Source: Chlorokybus atmophyticus (lineage: Eukaryota > Plantae > Mesostigma and Chlorokybus algae). From it: a DNA stretch of 64,000 bases. Shown piece by piece: positions 23,551 to 36,300 of this stretch (position 1 is the stretch's first letter; each line of letters starts with the position of its first letter). Below the pieces are notes generated by a model that worked only from the letters and a program-made list of their open reading frames with translations, made no database searches and was not told the DNA's origin. The stretch is taken from NCBI GenBank assembly GCA_009103225.1, contig RHPI01000810.1, positions 682,001-746,000 of the forward strand, read 5' to 3'. A program made the translations under genes and the position numbers.

Positions 23551-23997
23551 ACTGCCCATGGCCAGTGCCATTCCCGCTATGGCACTTGCATGCGTGGCCT
23601 GATCAGGCCGCAAAGCCCTAGCCCTAAGCTCTGGCCTGGTGGATGCATCATCAACATTTGCAACCGATATCTACGCTTGACGTCATCATCTTTGGAATCG
23701 AAAGCTGAACGGATATACGTATGCTGCGACCGGTTGGATGCGATATAGCGTAAGATTTATATTTTCCCTTGCAGCGTAGGGTGCTGATAGCTAACGTTCA
23801 TGTCATGTTAGTGAACGCAGCAATGTTGCATGTTAGAATGGAAGTGCACTAACGTTAGGATTGGGTCTGAGAGTGTTGGCCAATCAACAGCCACCTTTAC
23901 TGACGGAGTGTTTGTTGGCGGGAGCGTCGCCGGCGGAGTCGTCGTTGTCATCACTGTCACTGTTGTCGCCGTGTACGGTATACGTGTCCTCATCGTC

Positions 23998-25805
23998 ATG
24001 GCTGCGATGGTGGCTACCACCGCTTCCTCTGCGCAGACGCTACGCCTTCCGTCCACAGTCGCAGCAGCCTCGCGGCCAGCCTCACGGCGCTCCCCCGCAT
24101 TGCGCAGCAGCAGCAGCAGGCGGCCGGCGGCGCTCAGCAGGCGACTGCCAGCTGTCATCAGCAGCTGCCGCAGCCTTGTCCGCTGCTCCGCCGCCGGCGC
24201 CGTCTCTAACAGTAATGACGCCGGCGCCTCCAACACTGACAACATCAAATACGTCTACACCGGCAAGGAGGTGAGCTATGCTGCTACGTGCATGCATGCT
24301 ATTTGCATGCATGAGACCGTCATTAGATTCTTGCAAAATTGAAACCGAATGTGTCAATCGCAATGCATGGTGTTGCTCGCCAGCTGGCTGGCTGCATCCA
24401 AGCGTAGCAGCCGATGCCCTGTGCAATGCAGCATGTTTGCAGGATGGAAGCTTGTCGTCACAATGCTTGCATGCTTGTGACTTACGAATTTCCGGCAAGA
24501 AGCTGATGATGGCCAGCATTGTGCGAACGCACCTTTGCAAATGCTGTTTCTTGCGCATGCATCACCAATCTGCAAGCTGTCCTTGCGATCACAAGTTGTG
24601 TGCTTCCTGTTCTTGGTTGGACTTGATTTTCAGTCATAACCGCTTTCTGTTGGAGCGCATGCATGAACAGACTGATTTAGGTTGTGTACTTTCAGGTCAA
24701 GGAGCTGATTGAGAAGGAAGGCTACAAGCTCGTTGATGTCCGAGACGCCACCCAATACAACCGCTCGCATGTCCCGGGGTCAGACAACGTGCCAATGTGG
24801 ATCGCCAATGAAGGAACCGATCCTTGTAAGCTTACCTGCTCGTGGCACCATGCATGTTTAGCAGTGTGAGCTCTTTGCCAATGAAATTGCTTGATAGACT
24901 AAGAGTACATTGCCATGCTGCATGTACATGCTTGTATCACGCATTCATGCACATCATGATGCTACGATGGTGCGTGAGTTGTTGTTGTTGAGCAATGGCA
25001 TTCATCTGATGTAGCATGGCGACGAGTTGTAAGTCTGCACATTGGCTACTGACCATGCAATCTGTTCCTGTCTTTTTGCAGCAACTTTGATAAAGAGACT
25101 GGTATACAATGGTTCGCTTGGTTACGCCAACGGCTCCGTCCTAACAAAGCCCAACCCGGCCTTCTACAGGACGATTGAGCAAAAGTACGGCAAAGACGCC
25201 AAGCTGCTTTTAGTCTGCCAAGAAGGCTTCAGGTTTGGCAACGCATGATGGTTGCAATGTATTTGTGGGGAACCAGCGCTTGCGTACAGCGCCTGAGCGC
25301 CACTCTGACTCGCTCTCACACAGGTCTGGTGAAGCTGTAGACAAGCTGGAGGACCTGGGCTTCAGCAACCTGGCGTGGTTGCCCTCTGGCTTCAGGAAAA
25401 TTCAGCCAGGTATTATGGTCTGTTCATCACATGCACGGCATCTTTTAGGCCTTGGCGCTGCAGTGAACAAGTGGAAGTCAACTACGCCTGAGTTCATGTG
25501 AACCACAGCATCGTGTAAGTGATTCAAGTAAACTTAGCTACGCCTCGTAGGGGAACTGCCCAAGGAAGGCAAGAGCGAGCTTTTCAGGGCAGATATCGGC
25601 GGATTCACTGCCATTCAGTCCCAGATTTCGTTTGCCATCGCCTTTGTGCTGATCGGTAAGCACTGCGCAGTCTTTGCGTGTCCTGACCTGCATGAAACCT
25701 TTTGATTGTCGATTGAACATCATGTGCTGCTTTGCAGGTCTGTATATTGTGTCGATGCTCGCTCCCGAAGCGGCTGAGAAGTTCCTGCAGGAGCACGGGT
25801 TCTGA
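23998..25805 (+). CDS. STR10: Rhodanese-like domain protein (Arabidopsis STR10-like), plastid transit peptide and C-terminal membrane segment, 6 exons
   Basis: YKLVDVRDATQYNRSHVPGS, KPNPAF, LLLVCQEGFR|SGEAVDKLEDLGFSNLAWLPSGF, GGFTAIQSQISFAIAFVLI|GLYIVSMLAPEAAEKFL. The CQEG-x-RS active-site loop and hydrophobic tail fit STR10; the orthology call is from memory of the family. Confidence 0.8.
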
Positions 25806-26826
25806 GCACTGCCTTGCTTGCAGCGTTGGTTGATTAGACAAACGTAGTCCGCGGCGGTAGTCTGTATGACATTCAGTCATTGTATAGCCCCAAGCAATTT
25901 TGCATGCGCTGTTGGTGTTGCTCATGAACTTGATGAAGCACGCGGCAAAAGGTTCAGTATACCAAAATTGTTCTGTTGCCCATCAAGGAGATCACCTAAG
26001 ACGATGCGGCATTGCTACCACCTACGTAACCTTTCACTTATACTAGAGCATTCACCTACACAACCTACTTCTGCTTAGGTAGGTTGGTGACTGTGCCAGA
26101 CATGAAATAAACAATCACAACTTGGGCAACGAGCACCTGACAACTCGCAACTGCACTATGCTATTGGTGAGGAGAAAGGCAGCCTAAGCCAATACTGCGG
26201 GTTGAGGTCCTTTGCAAAATCAAAAGTATGCTAGCTATAGTGAAAATAATGATATAACATTGGTGACCCCTCTGCAGTAACCAGACACTGGAAAACTCGC
26301 AGCAAGCATCTGTAAGGGTTGATGTGCACGCTGGTGGCCTGACTATTTGGTCTGAGACCTGCACCTGTCCAAGCAAACCACATTCTTAACCTGCGCACCA
26401 GACAGCATACGACTGCACTATCTACATTATAACACTGTCAACAATGCTCTGCCTTGCACGCGCATACCATCGTGAAGTCGCGCTAAAGAAGTTGTTTGCC
26501 AGCTGCATGGGAGCGGAGTCGCTTGTAGTAGGCAAGGTTAAACTGCACCAGTGGCAGCACCACCGCACAACACATTCACAACAACAGAAGCTACAACCAA
26601 CATCCATATGCAGCACCACCTCGGCGGAAACATTAACATACAGCAGCGCACAGGGTGTAGGGATTCGGAGATCCACCATGTAAATACCATGTGTAGACCA
26701 TGTGTAAGAGTTGCAATCATGCATTGGTCGACTGAATGGCCTTCACATACAATGCCCATGCCTACCAAGCAGACTACAAGCTTCAACAAGAATATCAATG
26801 AGCAACTACTGAACAACGCGCTTGAC

Positions 26827-28299
26827 CTAAGTGCGAGCAGGCTCGAACCAATTCAGCAGCTGGATCTCGTCCAGAAACCATGGGGTAAAGTCTTGTGGAC
26901 TTTCTGAGGCCCAGCACTGAACCTGAAGTATATTCAGCTCAAATGCTAAGCAACTGTCAACACTCGCACAGCCCGACACAAGACAGATGCGGTGTTAGTC
27001 AATGCTAGTCAGTGCTTGTCATGAGTGCTTGTTATAAGTTTTACCAGTTTGATTTACCTCGCGTAAAGGGAAAAACTTGGCGTCACTGACCTCTGCTTTG
27101 TCAATCTGTATGAGAGACATCAGCCAATGATTAACCACAACAACGACAAGCAAAGACAAACTTGCTGACCTGAAAGCCGTTGTCCCAGCCGCTCAACTTG
27201 AAGGCCTGCACAAACTCGTAATCTTTGAAGCCTTTTTCAGGATACTCAAGCTGCAAGCGTGGGTGGGAAATTAGGTACACACTACAAAAAAGCCAATTAT
27301 AGATAGACGACCTCTGACTTGCAGTATGTTTTGTGTCAATATATGATCAACTACCTTGCGAACATGGGTGTCCAGAATTCTGTCTTCAAGACTTATACCC
27401 TCAATGCCAAGCTCCTCTCGCAAACCCCGCTCAGCTCCTTGCTGCAACACCACAATCAGGTGTGCAATGCGAGGTGCACGTGTGCATGCATGCGTGTGTG
27501 CAGGCCTGCCTGCATGTATGCGTGCAACCAGTACTGGGCTCAACCTACCTGGAAGGTTTCACCAGGTTGCAGGTGCTCTGCGCATGACAGATCCCAAGCA
27601 AGGGGCGCTATGTCCTACGCACTTCGGATGAATGGTTGTCAGCGTCTTTGTGTAGAGCTCTGTGTGCTTGATCAAGTTGTAAGCGTACGCACCTTGCCGG
27701 CTGAGCGGCGCTGTAACAGCAGCTCTCCAAGCGAGTTGAATACAAAGCAGTACTGCGCATACAGCAAAGCTTAGCTAGGGCAATGACAAGCGATGACCAT
27801 TAACATGCACACAGAACCACAGTGTGCTTGGCACTCTGCTGATTGCTGACATCGACAGAGGCACTTCTGTTTCTGAAAACCACGTTGAAACTGCCATGCA
27901 TGCAAGCTGAGCACTTGGAGCATACTGTTCTACTTCAAGGCTATCTGGCAGCTGGTGGCCACTGGCACAGTCTTGCAGGTTTGTTTTACAAGAGGCCAGC
28001 GATCATCCGAATTGACAATCTTGCAGATGCACGGTGCTGATGATACCGCACGCAGAGCTGTACTGGCAGCTGTGACATTAGCAGCTACGCAGCATTGTGG
28101 ACCTATTCACTTTGACCTCAGCCTAGCTTGTCGTTACCACTGAACGGTGCAGGAGTCCGAGCCTGTGGACGACGCCCCGCTTCTCCCGGCCAATCAGCCT
28201 GCCGTCCTCGTCGAACACCTCGAACACCTCGCCGTCGTCCTGGGCAGGGCCCACCACCACCTCCGCCGCCTCCTCATCCATCGCCACCACCGCCGCCAT
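26827..28299 (-). CDS. Nudix-fold hydrolase, isopentenyl-diphosphate-isomerase-type-1/YfcD-like, 7 exons
   Basis: EVFEVFDEDGRLIGREKRGVVHRLGLLHRSV|YCFVFNSLGELLLQRRSAGK|DIAPLAWDLSCAEHLQPGETFQ|QGAERGLREELGI...DYEFVQAF...EVSDAKF...FTPWFLDE*. The Nudix box (RGLREELGI) is present. Confidence 0.85.
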
Positions 28300-28616
28300 G
28301 CTGAGCAACACTGCCAGCACTAAGCAGCCGGGGCATTTACCGAAGGCAGGCACTGTCCTGCAGGCTGCGGCGGCGGCGCAGGAGCAGGTGGAGGGCAAGC
28401 AGGACGGTGAGGTGGCGGAGCGTCTCGGACGTCATGCAGCGGGATGACCACATGCCGAGGGATGAGGCGGTGGCTATCGTAGGCGTTGTGGCAGCTGCAG
28501 AGCAGGCAGCCGGCGGTTGTTAGGGCGGCATTAGGGTTTACTGCTTGCCTGCTGGTTGGAGTGCACACACAGGCGGTGGGTTTGGTCACGTTGGGTCTGC
28601 TAGCGGGGTTGGTGAG

Positions 28617-31600
28617 ATGGACATCGAGGCGATCCCTCCAGGCATTGTCGTCGACCCAAAGGGTCCCACTGGCGAGGCGCTGCGAGGGCCCGTCAGGGAT
28701 CGCTTGACCAAGGACATGGGAGCTTACACGGACGACGTGCTTGTGGTAAGCTGTGGGTATTTGGCTTGCCCACCTAACGCTTTGCATTGCCACTGCTCCT
28801 TCTTGTAGCGAAGTAATTGCCTCCTTAACTCTCAAACAGCCCTGCTGCTATTTGCTCGGTGAAGTCCGCAGCAGTGCTCAATCTGGCATCTTCAAATTGC
28901 TGCACCTGCCATATGTAGTTGCTGTGTCGCTCAGTTCAATGTACATGTGCGCATTACCAGCATGCAATTGCAATTGCAATTGCAATCATGGATGATGTTG
29001 TTTGTGTTTTTACAACAGTTGACTGTTGCGTATGTGCAATTGTTGTTGTCCGAGATGTCGAGTCTGCATGTGAATATTTACCTTGTTGACGCCAAAAACA
29101 TGAATTGTCACCCAGCCCGTATGATAAGAAAGAAATATTGTATTCATGATGCTAATGCTGATGCTGGTTTGTAACAGGAATATGTACTCGTGATGTTGTC
29201 GCATGGGCGCAGCCGGTCCCAAATGGCTCAAGACCTGGAAGCTTTCCTCGGTGCAAAACCTGCAGAGTCCTTCTCAAAATGGTAACAGTTGCATTATGTT
29301 GCCTACATTTAGAACAGCAGTCTGTACAGGTCAGAGTCTCCAACACATGACCTACTTTAGCACAGGACTGCTGCACAGCATGGATCCTGCATGCTTTCGG
29401 GGTTATCTGCTCGGGATTATATTATATCTGGGATCGTTTCACGGGAGCCAACCTACCTTTGCTATCCTTAAACGCAGGTTGTGGCAGCACCTAACAGAAC
29501 AGCGAGACACGTATGTGCCACTAGCCAATAAGTCGGCAGATGCAGGGGAGCTGAGCAGCTTGGCTAGTGATTTGGACAGGTGCGTTCACAGTCAACATGA
29601 TTGAGCCACATGGTATGGGTAGCTTGTGCTATTACTCCGCGTGACATTGCCGCTGGTTGTGCCAATGCAAGCTGCAGGCAAGACAGACATACTCTGATGT
29701 GACCTGTTGCCTGCTTGCACAACCTGTGCACTATGTGCGACTCTTGTGTGTATCCTCTATACGCCATGGTGAATGTTCACTAACTCATGGTGCGGCGCAG
29801 GTATGAGATGGCTCAAGCAGGTGATGAACAGATGGAGAACGGTGACGCCCGGCAGGTGTGCAAGCATTATCAAAACCTGCAGTATGTGCTATTCGTGCTG
29901 CGGGCCACTGGGCGCTATGATGAGTATCATGCCATGAGCAAGATGTGCAAACTAGCACGTCATCAATATCTCCAACACGCTGACCGCCATGCCAGGGGGA
30001 CGGTTTGCCTGAGGCAATCAATGATGAGCCAGCAAGTGCGCGAAGCCCAAGTCCTCAACCAACCAGGAGACCCGAGTTCAGATCCGTCGTTCAGAAAGAC
30101 ACGGAGTACATAGCTAAGCGTTCAGGCATTAGGGAGGAAACTCTGCTCAGAGAGGATAGGGGCAGAGATGCCGACCATGAAGCTGAGCGGTATGGACGAC
30201 CGCGCGACCCCCGTCGCGACTACAACAGGCCTGCTCCCTACTTTGGACACGACGCACGAGATTCGCGGTTAGTCTCTGATGAGCTGCCATGCTTCGTTGT
30301 TTGTGAACTTCGTCAAAAAGTTTATTGATTGATTGTCATGCATCAGGTACCCCAGGGGTCGTAGAGGGCACGAAGGTTCTGACCGGCATCGAGATCGCTC
30401 ACGCTCCAGGTCGCCACCCAACATGCAGAGCCGCAGGCGGCCGCGCTCAGGAGAGGTTAGCATTGCATGACAGGCATTGCAATACTCTATGCTATAGGAC
30501 AAATCTGTTCTGTGCAGTTGCTGGTACCTGATAGCAATTTTGAACAGCAATTTCATGTGTAACTTGTGTTTGCTGTTACTGGCGGTACAGGTGTTGGGGT
30601 GTGCTTCTAAAATGTTTTTTGGTATGCAGCCTACAGAGCAGCTAGCACCGCCCCCGAAGCGGCTGTGGGCAAGCGCATTGCAACAAGCTACTACTGCGCA
30701 GCCGCGCGCCCAAAATTTTGTGCCTCCAAGGTTGCAGATGGATATTGAGGGCGAAGCCCCTGCCCTTGAGCAGCAACATGAAGAACAGCTGGAAGGCGAA
30801 GAGCCGTTGGCTGTCATGCAGCGACTACAGCCACCACCATATATACCCGAGCCTGGTACACACATGCTGACCCTGCGTTGTGCAGCACACATGGTCATGC
30901 TGTCATGTTTACGGCTTTGACGGTGATTGTTCTGTGCTACAGAGGCTTTGCATTGTAGTTTCACAAGTATTGTTGGTTGAGACACCAGTGTTGCAAGCCA
31001 TGTGATTATTATGCTTGCACCTTGTTTGTTCGCATGCATCACAGACCGTTTGCAATGCAGTTGAGGTCCTCCCGCAAAGAAGGCCCGCCCCTCCAGCAGC
31101 CGGCCCGGATTTTCGCACGTTGGCGCTATTCACGCGCGCGGCAGTCGAGGCTGCTGCATCCACTGCGGCTGCAGCAAGCAGACCACATATCCATCAGCGC
31201 GTAGGTACTGTGCTGAATTGCCAAGCAGTCTTATGCGAGTGCCAGCCGAAAACCATAACTCTATTGGTTTGCTTTGCCAATGCTCTCATACAAGTGTGGC
31301 AACAGGAATGCCACCAGGCATGCAACCAATGCCACCCTGGGGATTCCCCGGCCCGTTTTGGCCACCTCCATATGCTGGGCCTATGCCACCTCCGCCTCAT
31401 CCGCACGCAAACGGGCATCCTCTACACTTGCAGGTGTGTCCAACAGGTTTCTTACAGCTTCTGCCCCTGAGTTATCTGAAGGACGCTGACAAAATATGGC
31501 TTGACAGGGTCGCTTAGGTCCCATGCAGCCGCGTGGTAGGCGTGGCGGGTTCCAGCGACAGCAGCATCAGAAGCAACCGCAGCAGCTTCAGCCACAATCC

Positions 31601-32781
31601 CAGCATGAGCATCAGCAGCAACAACAGACACAACACATACCTGCGCGCAGCGCACGTGTTCGTAGAGGCATTGAGCACGATGATGATGACGATGATGATG
31701 ATGACGATGAAAACGTAGAACTGGAACCAGTCGAACAGATGTTGCAACCAGACGAGGTATGTCACACGGACTTGTTTCACTGTGCTATCGCCTGCTGGCA
31801 GGTTGCACTGTGGTTGACGCCGTGTCATGCTGCCTACTATTTATGTCTCTTTGTTCGGTGGAAGTTCAAAGGGTGAATGGTGGTTTGTTGTGCAGGACAT
31901 CAACCTCATGCAGCGACGCATGCGATCGGTTGAACTCGAGATCATCAAGTTGAGGGCTCGACAGGCTGAAGTTGCTGAGGATGCACAGACGGCACTTGCT
32001 ACAGCAAATTCAGGTGACAACATCTTAAAGCAGTCATGGGCATTGACGTGTGTCCGTGCCAGCGCAAGTTACCGGCTGCTGGACACCTTGCTTTCAGAGG
32101 GAAATGTGTGTATAACACTGAGAATGTTTCATGTCAACAGCCAAAACTCTGGAGTTCCGCTCCAAAGAGGAAATGGATGCGCACTCGGTGTGCGTGAGCA
32201 ATGTCCACTTTGCAGCATCAACCGGTGCATTGGCCGTGCACTTTGGCAGCTGTGGGGAGATCAAACGCCTCACCATTGTCACCGATCCCGTCAGCAAGCA
32301 ACCCAAGGGCTATGCTTACATCGAGTTTGCAGATGCTGATGCAGCTGCTTCTGCTCTACAGTTGTCGGGGTCGTCTTTCATGGGGCGACCGCTGAAGGTG
32401 GTACCCAAACGTTCATTTGTCAAACCCGTGTCCGCACCAACTCCTCCTCCAGCCGCCCGAGGACGACCCTTTGCACCCAAACCCAGGCCAGCCCCCCTTG
32501 ATAAAGCCGCTTTTAAGTGGCAAAGAACCGAAAATGCGGCAGATGGAAGTGGCATGGATGCAAGCACAAGTGGTGCTAATGCTGCAGATATGAGTCCCAG
32601 GATAATTGTCTCTAATGGCAGGGGTCGGAGTGGAGGCCCCGTGCGGCCCATCAGAGGAAGAGGGTTGTTGCGTGCACGCTCGCTATCTTACCGACGCCCA
32701 ACGCCATACATCCCACAAATACCCGCCGTGGAAGTTGCGAATGATGCTGTAGGGATGGAGTCCGATACAGTACCTTCATGA
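28617..32781 (+). CDS. RNA-binding protein: N-terminal PWI-like (Nab2-type) domain, RS/Pro/Gln-rich middle, C-terminal PABPN1-like RRM; about 11 exons
   Basis: RDRLTKDMGAYTDDVLV|EYVLVMLSHGRSRSQMAQDLEAFLGAKPAESFSKW|LWQHL (PWI-like); RDRSRSRSP; KEEMDAHSVCVSNVHF...HFGSCGEIKRLTIVTDPVSKQPKGYAYIEF...ALQLSGSSFMGRPLKVVPKR (RNP2/RNP1). Confidence 0.85.
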
Positions 32782-33310
32782 TTGGCGTGTGCTGCTGTTG
32801 GAGTACGAGGGTTGCTAGACAGTCTAATAGCAGCCAGCATCAGTTGCTTTCATGACTCCTTGAACTGTTGATGTCAATATCTTCCTTATTTTTGGCCATG
32901 GGGGTGCGTGCTTTGCTGTGTGCCAGTATGATGCGCGTAAGGAACAAGAATGCATGCAAAGGAACTTCATTGCCACGCTCAAGCGCATGTTGTCCACAGC
33001 AAAGAGCTTCCACAACACATCACCATACACGCACACTACCCCTGCGTGCACTACCCAGCATAACAGCAGTATCGCTTAAGGATTTAATCATAGTAACAAT
33101 AGTGAAATTACCAGTACAGTTGTGCTGCTATCAGTATTAGTACAGTCTGTTTCGTCCCCAGAAAGCGGTACCCATTGCAGAGCGTTGCAACTTGCAGCTT
33201 GTGTTGCACACCTGCAAGCTTCACCGACTCGACTCAAGCTGCACACTGTACGAGGGCTCAGTGTTGCTGTGGGCGTTGCTGTCGGCGTGGTTGGCGGCGG
33301 TAGAGGCGCC

Positions 33311-36300
33311 ATGTGGCGTCTGGCGCCTTGCCGGGATGGTCCGCCGGCGTCGCTGAACGACCACGCCGGACGCGCCACGTGGCAGTACCGGGAGGACCTG
33401 CCGACGCCGCCGCAGGCTGAAGCCGCAAGAGTCGATTTCTGGGAGCACCGCTTTCAACGGCGGCACCCACAGGACCTCTTCCTCAGGATCCAAGCAAGGC
33501 AAGCTGCGGATACCCGCACGCACTCACTTACTTTATCTCACTCAGTGACTAATTCACTTATTTACTCCTGCTGATAGATGCTGGTATTGCATGTGATAGC
33601 GCAGCTTTCGGGCATGCCACGATTGCTCTTGCGCGATGGCACTGCCTAACAGCAAGTGACAAAACTACACAGTGACAGTGCATTCCTATAGTCTCTGTAC
33701 GTTTCTCTTATAACTGCATGCTGTTAAGAAGGTGCCCAATGTGCAGTCTTCTGTGATACGAAACTGCACCTCTACATGCCTTCCACTCGCGAAGGAGAAA
33801 GGCTTTGCTCTGAGCATGCATGTCCTCCTGCACATGCATTTACCTGCGCGCACCGAGCTCTGTGCAAGATCAGCTTCATCAACACTAGTCAATGCGCTTC
33901 TGAACTCTCTGGTATTGGGTTTGCAGAGGTGACAATGTCAGCTTCAAGCTAGCAGACCAGCAGCTTGCTTCTCAAAGGCGCGTAGATGGCGACCAGGCCA
34001 GCATTGGACCAGAGTCCGTCAAGGCCGCTATCTTGCGCACGTGCGAAGCCTTTGGAACAATCCAGGTGAGAAAGAACTCATTATGTTGCCTTCAATGCAC
34101 AGCATTACACATGCTTATGCCGTTGCTGTACGCAGGCAGAGGAGGGGCATTGGCCCGGGGATTACGGCGGGCCGATGTTCTTGCTGCCTGGTTTGGTCAT
34201 CACTTTGTACGTTACGGGCGCGTTGCAGAGGGTCCTTTCGCCCGCACAGCAGAAGGAGATACGCCGCTACCTTTACACCCATCAGAGTAAGGTAGGCTTC
34301 CCTGCTGATTATTTGTTGCAATGCAGCATGAAAGCAAAGAAGTGGGTGCTGTGCATACGTGCGTGTGCTTGCATGTTTGCATGCGCGTGTGTGTTTTGGT
34401 CTCATGCAACCCCTTCAGGATGGAGGCTGGGGCTTGCACATAGAGGGGCACTCAACCATGTTTGGGACAGCGCTCAATTACGGCGTCATGCGCATCTTGG
34501 GTGCCGGGCCGGATGCGAAAGCAAGCGACGAGTTCCCCGAGTACACATTGAAACCAGGTAAGGAGAGTACTTCACATGAACAACAAGACCATGTTCTCTT
34601 ATCCCAACATCACAATGCTTGCAGGGGACCCTGGAATGGCCGATGCGCGTGCGTGGATTCGCTCGCGAGGCGGGGCGACTTTTGTCACGAGTTGGGGCAA
34701 GTTTTGGCTCGCTGTGCTCGGTGTTTATGACTGGTGAGCTCAAGATTGGCTATTCTATTCAACTCAACATGACGCAAAAGAGCGAGAGAAGGTTCAAGTG
34801 TTTGATCTGTGCAGGGGTGGCATGAACCCGATGCCGCCAGAGATGTACTTGCTGCCTTACAAGTGGAACCCTCTTCACCCCGGGCGGTTCTGGTGCCACT
34901 GCCGCATGGTGTACCTGCCCATGAGCTACGCTTACGCTCGGTGCGTGCGCACCACATCACATATGTTGAACTCTTCCCCTCGCGTTTTTACCGCACACAC
35001 TTTATGGTGAAGTTTTCTTTGCATGCAGGCGGTACCAACCCCCGGACTCGGAGTTCTTGCGCGCACTGCGCCAGGAGTTGTACACTCCCAAGAACCCTTA
35101 CGAGCAGATTGATTGGAACAAAGCCAGGAACCAGTGCGCGCAAGAGGACCTGTACTACCCTCACCCCTTCATACAGGTTTGAGTGAACACTCAGCCTTGT
35201 TCAAGTGGGTTCTTACAAAGCTTGACCCTACTTCATCATGCAGGACTTGCTTTGGGGCGGCTTGCACTACCTGTTCGAGCCTTTTGTAGCGAGTCGTTCT
35301 GGGCGATGGTTGCGTCGGCTTGCAATGGATGAAGCCATCAAGCACATACACTATGAGGTAGAAGTTCAATCACTACACCAGTTTGCTTCAAGTTTCATAC
35401 CTTCTGATTTCTTGTTGGTGTGTGTAGGATGAGAGCACGCGGTATGTGGACATTGGGCCTGTCAACAAGTCCATCAACATGCTGTGCTGTTGGCTGGAGG
35501 ATCCCAACTCGGAGGCGTTTGAGAAGCATCTGTCGCGAGTGGCAGACTACTTGTGGGTTGCTGAGGACGGCATGCGCATGCAGGTGTGGTTGTACAAACC
35601 TCACTGCACATGCGTTTATGTGTCAACTCAAACGGCGGTCAGACACGTTCATCTGGCAGGGGTACAACGGCAGTCAGCTGTGGGACACAGCTTTTGCTGT
35701 GCAAGCCATGGCCGATACGGGGCTCGCTGAGCATCCTGGCATGGCTCCCATCCTGCGCAAAGCCAACAACTACATTGATACGACTCAGGTGCGGCAGCAT
35801 GCATGCGACACACACATTGTGTTGTTGTTAGTATAGACGCGCGTTGTGCGTACTACACGTCACAACATTCTTAGAACTCCGCTTCAGCTCAGCCGCAACC
35901 AACACCAACTTGTCAAAGCTCCATACAATGGTTGTTAACTATTTAGTCAAGCTTGGAGTTGTAGCTTGTTGTTGCCAATTTGAAGTAGCTTGTCAGGTGC
36001 GAGAGAACTCCGTTGGGGACCTGAGCATGTGGTATCGGCACCCTTCAATAGGCGCGTGGCCCTTCTCGACACGCGATCACGGCTGGCCCATCTCGGACTG
36101 CAGTGCAGAAGGCCTGAAGGTTGAGTTGTTGGCAGCTTTCAACACTTACTACGAGTCCTCTTTGCAAACGCTGCCAACAATTGCGTATGGTTTTTGTTGC
36201 AGGCAGCTTTGGCATTGGCACGGCTTCCTGAAGCTGCCGTGGGCAAAGCCATCAGCGGGGAACGGCTTGGAGAATGCGTGGATCTCATACTCTCATTGCA

